DNA of 64,000 bases, from the NCBI RefSeq assembly GCF_043722275.1, contig NZ_JAYSPC010000028.1, positions 22,693 through 86,692 on the forward strand, given 5' to 3'. How positions within the stretch are numbered: position 1 is the stretch's first letter; each line of letters opens with the position of its first letter. The position numbers were made by a program, and so were the translations under genes. The notes under the pieces were generated by a model. It ran no database searches. It worked only from the letters and a program-made list of their open reading frames with translations, and had not been told where the DNA came from. The DNA comes from Flavobacterium sp. GTDB lineage: Bacteria; Bacteroidota; Bacteroidia; Flavobacteriales; Flavobacteriaceae. Shown here piece after piece: positions 1 to 7,589 of this stretch.

Positions 1-69
1 GTATTCGTAGATTTCAAATACTGCTGTGAGCCATCCTTCGTAGGTACTGTCGTAAATTACTTGTGTCAT
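1..69 (-). CDS. 5' end (partial, runs off window) of TIGR03915-like putative DNA metabolism protein
   Basis: Manual translation MTQVIYDSTYEGWLTAVFEIYEY; begins 5 bp after the radical SAM stop; N-terminus and position match the usual TIGR03916 partner. Confidence 0.8.
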   Translation of the reverse strand, partial: MTQVIYDSTYEGWLTAVFEIYEY

Positions 70-74
70 TTTGA

Positions 75-1334
75 TTAAAATAAAGCAAGTTGGTTCGAGA
101 AATCGTTTTTATATTTGCTTTTTTGAGAGTTTAAAATATGACTTTTGATTTGTATCGAAGTTAAATCTTTCTGCAATTGAAACGGAGTCGCAAATGCCAG
201 AAAATATTTGGCGCGCGAATACGCAATTCCTAATTTTTGCAAATCCTGAGGCATTAGTTTTTTAAATTGTCGTGCCGCCACAATTTTATTGGCACTTAAA
301 AAACCAATTCCGGGAATTCGTTTTATGAGTTCTAAATCAGCAGTATTGATATCGACCGGAAATTGATTCAGGTTTCGCAACGCCCATCCTAATTTAGGAT
401 CTATATCCAGATCAAGATTAGGCTGATTGAATCCTACCATTTCATTTACATTAAATCCGTAATAGCGAATCAGCCAATCTGCCTGATACAAACGGTTTTC
501 GCGAATTATAGGAACCGGCGTTCCTATTGCCGGAAGTCGGTTATCATCGCTAATAGGCACATATCCTGAATAATACACGCGTTTCATATTCATTTGCTGG
601 TAAAAATAATTTGCCATGCCTAAAATTTCAAGATCACTTTCCTTAGTTGCACCAATTACCATTTGTGTACTTTGACCTGCGGGAGCAAAAAGCGGTGCTT
701 TATAATTGAGTTTCTTTTCTTCTTTATACCCTACTATTGCATTTTTAAGGTATTCCATTGGTTTAATCACATCTTTGTGATTTTTATCAGGCGCCAGTAA
801 TTTCAGACTTTGTTCTGTTGGCATTTCGACATTTACACTTAAACGATCTGCATATAATCCAGCTTCCTTCAGCAATTCGTCGCTTGCTCCGGGAATGGCT
901 TTTAGGTGAATATATCCATTAAAATTATGTTCTAATCTTAATTTTTTTGCGATTCTAACCAAACGTTCCATTGTATAATCGGCGTTATCAAAAATGCCGG
1001 AACTTAAAAAAAGTCCTTCAATATAATTTCTTCTGTAAAATCCTATGGTAAGATCAACAACCTCTTCAACCGTAAAAGCAGCGCGTTTAATGTCGTTGCT
1101 TTTTCGGCTTACACAATATGCGCAGTCAAAAATGCAATAATTTGTCAGTAAAATTTTTAGCAGAGAAACACATCGGCCATCTTCTGTAAATGAGTGGCAA
1201 ATACCATATCCTTTAGCGTCGCCTAATCCTTTATCTTTATTTTTTCGATTGCTTAAAGCGGAGGAACATGACACATCATATTTTGCGGCATCAGCTAAAA
1301 TGCCCAACTTCTCCATCACTCTTTCATGTACCAT
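75..1334 (-). CDS. Putative DNA modification/repair radical SAM protein (TIGR03916-like) with C-terminal helix-hairpin-helix
   Basis: CxxxCxxC motif (YCIFDCAYC), N-terminal LADAAKYDVSCSS, HhH DINTADLELIKRIPGIG. Confidence 0.92.
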   Translation of the reverse strand: MVHERVMEKLGILADAAKYDVSCSSALSNRKNKDKGLGDAKGYGICHSFTEDGRCVSLLKILLTNYCIFDCAYCVSRKSNDIKRAAFTVEEVVDLTIGFYRRNYIEGLFLSSGIFDNADYTMERLVRIAKKLRLEHNFNGYIHLKAIPGASDELLKEAGLYADRLSVNVEMPTEQSLKLLAPDKNHKDVIKPMEYLKNAIVGYKEEKKLNYKAPLFAPAGQSTQMVIGATKESDLEILGMANYFYQQMNMKRVYYSGYVPISDDNRLPAIGTPVPIIRENRLYQADWLIRYYGFNVNEMVGFNQPNLDLDIDPKLGWALRNLNQFPVDINTADLELIKRIPGIGFLSANKIVAARQFKKLMPQDLQKLGIAYSRAKYFLAFATPFQLQKDLTSIQIKSHILNSQKSKYKNDFSNQLALF

Positions 1335-1377
1335 TTTGCGTCTTTTTAGTGGTTTAAAAACTAAATTTGTTTAACGT

Positions 1378-1385
1378 CAAAACTA
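1378..1385 (-). promoter_or_regulatory. Bacteroidota -7 promoter box (TAGTTTTG) for the radical SAM operon
   Basis: Matches TAnnTTTG, 43 bp upstream of the ATG. Confidence 0.5.
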
Positions 1386-1517
1386 CTATTTAAAGACAAA
1401 AAAAGATTGATTTTAGTTGTTCCAAATTGTATCAAATTTCAACAACTCAATCACAAATAACTGATTATTAAATTGAAGTCCTGTTTTTTCTTCTGCCAAT
1501 TAGATGGTGTCTAAATA

Positions 1518-1558
1518 TAAAAACGCCTTTAATCTTAAACTGATTAAAGGCGTTTTTA
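1518..1558. terminator. Rho-independent terminator-like hairpin downstream of the TonB receptor
   Basis: Perfect 17-bp inverted repeat taaaaacgcctttaatc/gattaaaggcgttttta, 7-nt loop. Confidence 0.75.
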
Positions 1559-1633
1559 TATTTTATTAATATTCAAAATGGAAAACATTAATTTAGAAAT
1601 TATTTAACCCTTTTACCGAGAAATTAATTGGAA

Positions 1634-1743
1634 AAATCCGTTTTTATCAGCGTTTTCGCTTTAGCGAATCAGTAAAATCAGCGACTAATTTGACGCGGAT
1701 AAAACAGATTTACTTCGTAAAAAACACGGATAAAAACAGATTT
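1634..1743. repeat. Imperfect palindromic intergenic repeat (ACGCGGAT/ATCCGCGT family)
   Basis: Complementary arms; related arms at 42724-42845 and 61429-61478. Confidence 0.75.
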
Positions 1744-1799
1744 GATTTGCAATAATTTTATTTCTAAGATTATCATTTTAGAAGTTCTTAGATTTAACT

Positions 1800-3662
1800 T
1801 TAAAAAGTTACAAATTTTACTCCTAAACTAAACCATCTTGAAGGAAGCGGAACCGCGCCAACTTCATAATATGTTGTATTGAAAATATTTTGTGCATCAA
1901 CATAAACGGTAAATTTTTTAATAGATTGGCTTACTCTAAAATCATTCACCCAATATGATGGTCCGGTTACTCTTTGACTAAAACGAGTCGCAAATAAAGC
2001 CGTAAAATTTTTATGCTGAAAATCGATTGTATTCGTTATTTGATGTTCTAATGATGAAACCGAATATTTTGAATAAACTACCGGAATAACATCCTGAAAT
2101 TCAAAATCTAAATACGAATATGCAAGACTAATATTCAGTTTAGATTCGCTGGATAAATTAGCATTGTAATTCGTACGCAAGTTGAAACCATTGGTATTCA
2201 GGTTTCCGTAATTATTACTTTGGTAAGGTTCTGTGGTTACGTTTCTTGTCCAGTCTATAAAATTCTTGATTTTTCTATAGAAATAATTCGCATTAAAATT
2301 AAAATTACGTTTGATGTATTTGAAACCAATTTCGCTTTGAAAAGCATTTTCGGTTTCAAGATTAGGATTCCCAATATTTCCCGGACGCTGGTTTAAATAT
2401 AAATCTGTAAACGACGGAATACGTTGGCTTGTTCCAATATTCCCGATGATTTTAAAAGCATCTGTAATGGCGTAACTTGCGTCAAATCCCGGATAAACCT
2501 GCCATTTATAATCTGAATTATAATTTAAATAGGCGCCAAAATTCACATCAAGTTTCTCTATAAAAGTGGTTTTATATTGCATATAAAGTCCGTAATTCTC
2601 CCGATTATGATCGCCAATATTTGATGAACTTATATCTTCGCTTCTTGCTTCGGCTCCAAAACCAAGTTCTCCGTTTTCCATTTTATATGATGTATTCACT
2701 TCGGCCGCAAATGAGTTGGTATAATGCTGGCTTCTGCCCGCTTTAAGATTGGCAATTCCGTAATAACGGTAATCGTCATAATTATATCTGTAGCTCAATC
2801 TGGGCATTAACGTCCATTTTTCAGATAACTGATGTTTCGATTGCACATTTGCAAAAGTAGTCTGTACAACTTCGCTTGAGTTTTTATCGCCCGGAGCAGC
2901 ATAAAATCCGTTCGCGCCAAAACCATTATTGATGTAACCAAATGAACTTAAAATTTCGTTTTTATCGTTCAATTGATAATTTCCCTGATAAAATATTTTA
3001 TTATTTTCAAAAGCGGTATTGTAACGATATCCGTTGCTTTTATCGTGAGATGCAAAAAGCGAATGTTGCTGTTTTTCCTTGCTCAAAACTCCGCCAACCT
3101 GAATTCCGCTGCCATAAAAAGTATCTCCGGTATCTTGTGTATCTTTTTCAAAATTTGAACCAGCATACGTATTTACTAAAATTCCGGATTTCATTGGTTT
3201 TTTAGTAATAATATTAATCGCGCCGGTCAAACTATTGATTCCATAAGTCATCGCTGCCGGACCACGAATTATTTCGATTCTTTCGATTACCTCAACCGGA
3301 ATAGGCAGATTCAGCATATTGTGCGCCGTTTGAGAATCGATAATTTTACTTCCGTTTAAAAGTACAACGGTTTGTTCAAAGCTTCCGCCGTCAATACTTA
3401 CGTCAGCCTGACTCCCAAAAGGTCCTCTTTGTCTTAAGTCAACGCCATTTGCATATTGCAGAATTTCCTGAACAGATCGTCCCGGTAATTTTGCAATTGT
3501 GGCTTTATCAATTACATAAACGTTTCGGTTTTTCTTAGAAATTGGCGTGCTAAATCTATTTTCATGAATAATTACTTCATCAATATTAATGGTGTCTTTT
3601 TGCACCTGAGCTTGTAAACCAAGACTTAAGAGAGTCAGTATTGCAAAATAAAGTTTTGTCAT
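1800..3662 (-). CDS. TonB-dependent receptor (short, BtuB-like size class)
   Basis: Signal peptide, plug motifs (IERIEIIRGPAA..YG..GAINIITK), C-terminal DAQNIFNTTY and terminal Phe. Confidence 0.92.
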   Translation of the reverse strand: MTKLYFAILTLLSLGLQAQVQKDTINIDEVIIHENRFSTPISKKNRNVYVIDKATIAKLPGRSVQEILQYANGVDLRQRGPFGSQADVSIDGGSFEQTVVLLNGSKIIDSQTAHNMLNLPIPVEVIERIEIIRGPAAMTYGINSLTGAINIITKKPMKSGILVNTYAGSNFEKDTQDTGDTFYGSGIQVGGVLSKEKQQHSLFASHDKSNGYRYNTAFENNKIFYQGNYQLNDKNEILSSFGYINNGFGANGFYAAPGDKNSSEVVQTTFANVQSKHQLSEKWTLMPRLSYRYNYDDYRYYGIANLKAGRSQHYTNSFAAEVNTSYKMENGELGFGAEARSEDISSSNIGDHNRENYGLYMQYKTTFIEKLDVNFGAYLNYNSDYKWQVYPGFDASYAITDAFKIIGNIGTSQRIPSFTDLYLNQRPGNIGNPNLETENAFQSEIGFKYIKRNFNFNANYFYRKIKNFIDWTRNVTTEPYQSNNYGNLNTNGFNLRTNYNANLSSESKLNISLAYSYLDFEFQDVIPVVYSKYSVSSLEHQITNTIDFQHKNFTALFATRFSQRVTGPSYWVNDFRVSQSIKKFTVYVDAQNIFNTTYYEVGAVPLPSRWFSLGVKFVTF

Positions 3663-3678
3663 TTGTTTTATTTTTTTG

Positions 3679-3704
3679 CAAAAGTAGTATCTTGCCGTAC
3701 TACT
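3679..3704. promoter_or_regulatory. Divergent promoter region: -7 box TACTTTTG (minus, 3679-3686) overlapped by inverted repeat AGTAGTA-N8-TACTACT (3683-3704)
   Basis: Read directly between the TBDR and MocR starts. Confidence 0.5.
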
Positions 3705-3726
3705 AATGTATACCAGTTTTACAAAA

Positions 3727-5205
3727 ATGGATAGTCCGGTTCAAATTCCTTTTAAAAGTTTCATTCAGCTTAAGCCCGAAGATGCAACTGCTTTATATCT
3801 GCAAATTGTTTTTGAGTTTATAAAAGCGATACAAACAGGTTTACTTCCTGAAGGCACAAAACTTCCGGGAACCCGCATTTTATGCAAATTATTACAGATT
3901 AACAGAAACACTTTGATTAAAGCTTTTCAGGATTTAGAACTGCAAGGCTGGATCGAAATTTTACCCAATAAGGGAACTTTTATCTTATCAGAAAAAAAAG
4001 AAAAAAAGAAAACCGATTATATTTCCGCAGAAAAAAATAGTTCACAAAGTGCCGCTTTTACCTTTAAACATTCGACGATTCTTGAAGATCCAAAAGAAAT
4101 AAGCACTTTACCATATCAATTCAACGACGGTTTACCCGATTTACGGTTGGTACAAACTGATGTTCTCGCAAGGCTTTATGTTTCAAAACTAAAAAGCCAG
4201 AAAAGCACTAAAACATGGGAACAAGTTCAAACAGCATCTCATTTGAATTTTAAAACCCAATTTTCTAATTTTTTAAATGTAACACGAGGAATTCGGATTT
4301 CGACCTCAAATTTACTCACCACAAATAGTCACGAAATTAGTTTGTATCTGGTTACCAAATTATTGATTTCGCCGGGCGATAAAGTAGTGGTTGCTTCTCC
4401 GGGTTATTATATTTCAAACATGACATTATCTGATAGTGGCGCACAAATTATCACGATACCGGTTGATAAGGACGGAATCAATACGGAAGATCTCAAACAA
4501 ATTTGCGAGAAACATCAAATCAGAATTTTGTATCTGACCTCAAATTATCATTATCCTACAACAACTTCGCTGAGCGCTAAAAGACGTATGGAAATTTTAG
4601 AATTGGCTAATCGCTACGGATTTGTGATTATAGAGGATGATTATGATTTTGATTTCCACTATGATAACAATCCCGTATTGCCTCTCGCCGCTTTAGATTC
4701 AAATGAAAGGGTGGTTTATATCGGGTCATTTGGCAGGTCTTTGCCGGCGGGTTTTGGTTATGGTTTTATTGCAGCGCCTTCAGCATTTATAAAGGAACTT
4801 GAAAAACACCAAAATATTCTTGAACCGGGAATTGATGTTATCAAGGAACAGGTTTTAACCGATTGGATTAAGGAAGGTGAAGTACATCGTCTTTCTAAGA
4901 AAAATAAAAAGATTTACAAAGAACGCCGGGATTATTTTGTTTTGTTGCTGAAAGAAAAACTGGAAGGGAAAATTAAATTTCAGGTTCCGGTTCGGGGTTT
5001 GGCAATTTGGGTGGAATGGCTGGATAATTTCAATTTGATAAGGCTGCAAAAACAATGTGCTATAAATGGTTTATTTTTACCGAAGACGATTTTATATCAA
5101 ACTAAAAATCTTACGGCCACGCGTTTGGGTTTTGGACATTTTAACGAAGCTGAAATGAAAAATGCGGTTGAAATTTTACGCCAATCTCTTGATGAGATTA
5201 TTTGA
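3727..5205 (+). CDS. MocR/GabR-family regulator (GntR wHTH + PLP-dependent aminotransferase-like domain)
   Basis: LPGTRILCKLLQINRNTL..GKGTF wHTH; IIEDDYD and YIGSFGR motifs; ATG 3727 preferred over track start 3706. Confidence 0.92.
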   Translation: MDSPVQIPFKSFIQLKPEDATALYLQIVFEFIKAIQTGLLPEGTKLPGTRILCKLLQINRNTLIKAFQDLELQGWIEILPNKGTFILSEKKEKKKTDYISAEKNSSQSAAFTFKHSTILEDPKEISTLPYQFNDGLPDLRLVQTDVLARLYVSKLKSQKSTKTWEQVQTASHLNFKTQFSNFLNVTRGIRISTSNLLTTNSHEISLYLVTKLLISPGDKVVVASPGYYISNMTLSDSGAQIITIPVDKDGINTEDLKQICEKHQIRILYLTSNYHYPTTTSLSAKRRMEILELANRYGFVIIEDDYDFDFHYDNNPVLPLAALDSNERVVYIGSFGRSLPAGFGYGFIAAPSAFIKELEKHQNILEPGIDVIKEQVLTDWIKEGEVHRLSKKNKKIYKERRDYFVLLLKEKLEGKIKFQVPVRGLAIWVEWLDNFNLIRLQKQCAINGLFLPKTILYQTKNLTATRLGFGHFNEAEMKNAVEILRQSLDEII

Positions 5206-5384
5206 AATAATTTATTAATCACATAGAAATATAGATTTTATAGAAAAAGAAACATGTCTTTCAAATAGCCATTTCAATTTCATTAAGTCAAGAAAAAATC
5301 AATAATGTTATGCCGAACAAATCTCTCGCAAAATCGCCATGCATTGTCATCCGATTTCTATGATAAAACCAAATCTTTTTTTCA

Positions 5385-5484
5385 GGAGCTAATCCCGCTA
5401 CCGAAGCCTCGGGACGTTCCAATCTTTTGTGGCTCCCGAAGCCTCGGGACCGCCACAAAAGGATTTTCACTTCTATCGGGGCTA
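5385..5484 (-). repeat. AGCCCYGATAGAAGTG...TAGCTCC-family intergenic element
   Basis: Reverse complement aligns with 28366-28457. Confidence 0.8.
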
Positions 5485-5520
5485 GGGCAATCATTTTCAT
5501 AATAATGTTTTCGTTTAGTA

Positions 5521-5619
5521 TGTCATTTCGACGAAGGAGAAATCTCCACAAGTAACTCCGTGATGTGAATCCAATCTTTGTCGAGCTTCTCACGGAAATT
5601 TCTCCTGCGTAAATGACAA
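5521..5619. repeat. ~100-bp GTCA-ended hairpin element (MITE/REPIN-like)
   Basis: tgtcatttcgacgaaggagaaatc...atttctcctgcgtaaatgaca; homologs at 6624-6718, 21065-21164, 26934-27038, 61537-61640. Confidence 0.8.
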
Positions 5620-5969
5620 GATTGCGTTCGAGCTTTGGGTCTAACACCTTTACGAGATTAATTTTATTTTCTAAAAAGCTTAACTTAATAACATAGATAC
5701 TAACACGCCTTTTTTAGGTATAAAAAATCTATGTTTCTATGTGTTGAAATAATTAGCCTAAAATCTAAACTGCTTTTATATTTTTTTAGATTTAAATTTT
5801 ATTCTAAAAAAACAGGTATTTATACGTAGTGTTATAAATGTTAAAATAACGATTTTTGTTTCAGATTACGAGAAACCGTAAACTATTCTTAATAAAGTGT
5901 CATAAATTAGCTAAACATTAGCTCAAAAATCATAAATCGTTACACATTTAAACCTGAAAATTTAAAACT

Positions 5970-6359
5970 ATGAAAAACCTTTGGTGTTGGCGTTGTAAAA
6001 TGGAAGTTCCTATGCTTAATGAAGAGGAATATAAAGTTGCGTCTAAACTCTATCGTGATGGTTTTGAGAAAGGTAAATGCAGTATGACCAGAAAAATACG
6101 TTTCAAAGATTTACTTGACTATTATAAAGATCTGACAGGATTTGAAATAAACAATCCTAACGCAATTATGCATCATCGCATAGAACTTTACGGTTCTGAA
6201 TGCGAAAGTTGTTCTAAACCTTACAGAACTCCTAAGGCTTCTTTTTGTGCCGCATGCGGAAATAAAAGAGAATCTAAATTAATTAACTACGCTGAAACTT
6301 TACACGAAGAATCTCCAAAATGGTGGCAAAGATTATTGGTTTTAAATAGAGCTGATTAA
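5970..6359 (+). CDS. Hypothetical protein, probable zinc-binding (CxxC ... CxxC-x12-CxxC)
   Basis: WCWRC, CESC, CAAC motifs in a 129-aa ORF with A-rich leader. Confidence 0.75.
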   Translation: MKNLWCWRCKMEVPMLNEEEYKVASKLYRDGFEKGKCSMTRKIRFKDLLDYYKDLTGFEINNPNAIMHHRIELYGSECESCSKPYRTPKASFCAACGNKRESKLINYAETLHEESPKWWQRLLVLNRAD

Positions 6360-6404
6360 TTATTATTATTATGTAATTTTACTTACATTTAGAAGAAAAC
6401 TTAA

Positions 6405-6605
6405 ATGATAAGGATCAATTATAAAATTCAATTTTGTCTGTTTGCCATTTCCCTTTTCTTTATTGGAATTGGAATCTACGATACGTCAAATGATGGATTA
6501 AAAACAGGAAAAGAACTTTTTTGGCAAATTTCTCATTTTGTTCCGTTTGTAATGGGAGCAATTATTTTTGGAAGTAATTTATATTTTAAACGAATTGAAA
6601 ATTAA
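6405..6605 (+). CDS. Small hypothetical membrane protein (2 TM)
   Basis: Two hydrophobic segments, ATG after A-rich leader. Confidence 0.6.
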   Translation: MIRINYKIQFCLFAISLFFIGIGIYDTSNDGLKTGKELFWQISHFVPFVMGAIIFGSNLYFKRIEN

Positions 6606-6623
6606 TTACTACAAACCTTTACA

Positions 6624-6900
6624 ATTCCGACAAAGGAGGAATCTCATGTGCTGAATCGACAAAGAATTACTTTCTTACGGAGTTTCTTGCGAAGATTCCT
6701 CCTTCGTCGGGAATGACAGATTATGGTAATTGCTAAATCTAAAAATAATCGCTTTTCTTTATGGAGTTTCTTGATGAGATTCCTCCTTCGTCGGAATGAC
6801 AAGATTATGGTAATTGCTAAGTTTAAAAAGAATCACTTTTCTTTATGAAATTTCTTGATGAGATTCTTCCTTCGTCGGAATGACAAGATTATGGTAATTA
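6624..6900. repeat. Hairpin element followed by an 84-bp tandem array (about 2.7 units) of its right arm
   Basis: GATTC(C/T)TCC core recurs at 6694, 6778, 6862; intervening sequences homologous. Confidence 0.85.
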
Positions 6901-6969
6901 GGATTTTTCCATAATGTCAAAAAATGCGTTAAAATACTTTTTGGATAGTTGTTTTTCGACAATAAAAAA

Positions 6970-6977
6970 TACTTTTG
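6970..6977 (+). promoter_or_regulatory. -7 promoter box TACTTTTG
   Basis: TAnnTTTG match 46 bp upstream of ORF 7024. Confidence 0.5.
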
Positions 6978-7023
6978 TTAGAAAGGAAAAACAACGACTT
7001 ATTACAACCAGAAAATATAATGT

Positions 7024-7587
7024 ATGGATTACGAAAAATTCATCTTCTGCCTCGAAGGTGTTCCGGACGTAGACAACGACACGGCAACTCTAGCGGTAAA
7101 GAACTTAGAAGAAATTGCAATTGACCAGGGAATTTCCAGTATTTATAAAACCTGCGATACCATTGAAGGTCTCGAAGAAAGCCTGAATGTATTGCTTTAT
7201 GAAGATCATAATTTTAAAGATTATGAAATTATCTATTTGGTTATGCCAGGCGAAGCAAATAATATTTGCCTTCACGATTATTATTATAGTCTTGAAGAAA
7301 TAGCGGAACTTTTTGAAGGCAAAATGAAAGGCAAAATTATTCATTTTGCTAATCTTAAAGTATTGGATTTAAATAATGATGAAGCTCAATATTTTCTTGA
7401 TATAACTGGTGCCCGTGCCATTTCCGGTTATGGTTCAACATATAATAAAATTGCAAGTTCCAGTACAATCGACAAAGCTTTTTTTAGCCTTTATCAGGAT
7501 AATGATGATATTACAGAAGTTGTAGAAGAGTTGTATCAAAAACATTATGCTTTGTGCAAATTACTCGATTTTAGATTGTATTATTAA
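7024..7587 (+). CDS. Conserved hypothetical protein (DUF6642-like)
   Basis: Acidic alpha/beta protein; FIFCLEG, GKIIHF, ISGY segments resemble DUF6642 from memory. Confidence 0.55.
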   Translation: MDYEKFIFCLEGVPDVDNDTATLAVKNLEEIAIDQGISSIYKTCDTIEGLEESLNVLLYEDHNFKDYEIIYLVMPGEANNICLHDYYYSLEEIAELFEGKMKGKIIHFANLKVLDLNNDEAQYFLDITGARAISGYGSTYNKIASSSTIDKAFFSLYQDNDDITEVVEELYQKHYALCKLLDFRLYY

Positions 7588-7589
7588 TT

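Larger units (their letters stand above)
5220..5743. repeat. Composite of nested palindromic repeats bounded by a 20-bp inverted repeat
   Basis: cacatagaaatatagatttt (5220-5239) / aaaatctatgtttctatgtg (5724-5743), 19/20 complementary; encloses elements at 5385-5484 and 5521-5619. Confidence 0.8.

Noticed and set aside
3663-3726. Cobalamin/TPP riboswitch upstream of the BtuB-sized receptor
   Set aside because: The intergenic region is only 64 bp and lacks the conserved riboswitch motifs
5288-5647. ORFs 5288-5647(-) and 5305-5502(+)
   Set aside because: They run entirely through nested palindromic repeats and have no protein-like features
6671-6900. Possible CRISPR array
   Set aside because: Inter-repeat sequences are homologous rather than unique, there are under three full units, and no cas genes are in the window; it is a tandem duplication of a hairpin arm
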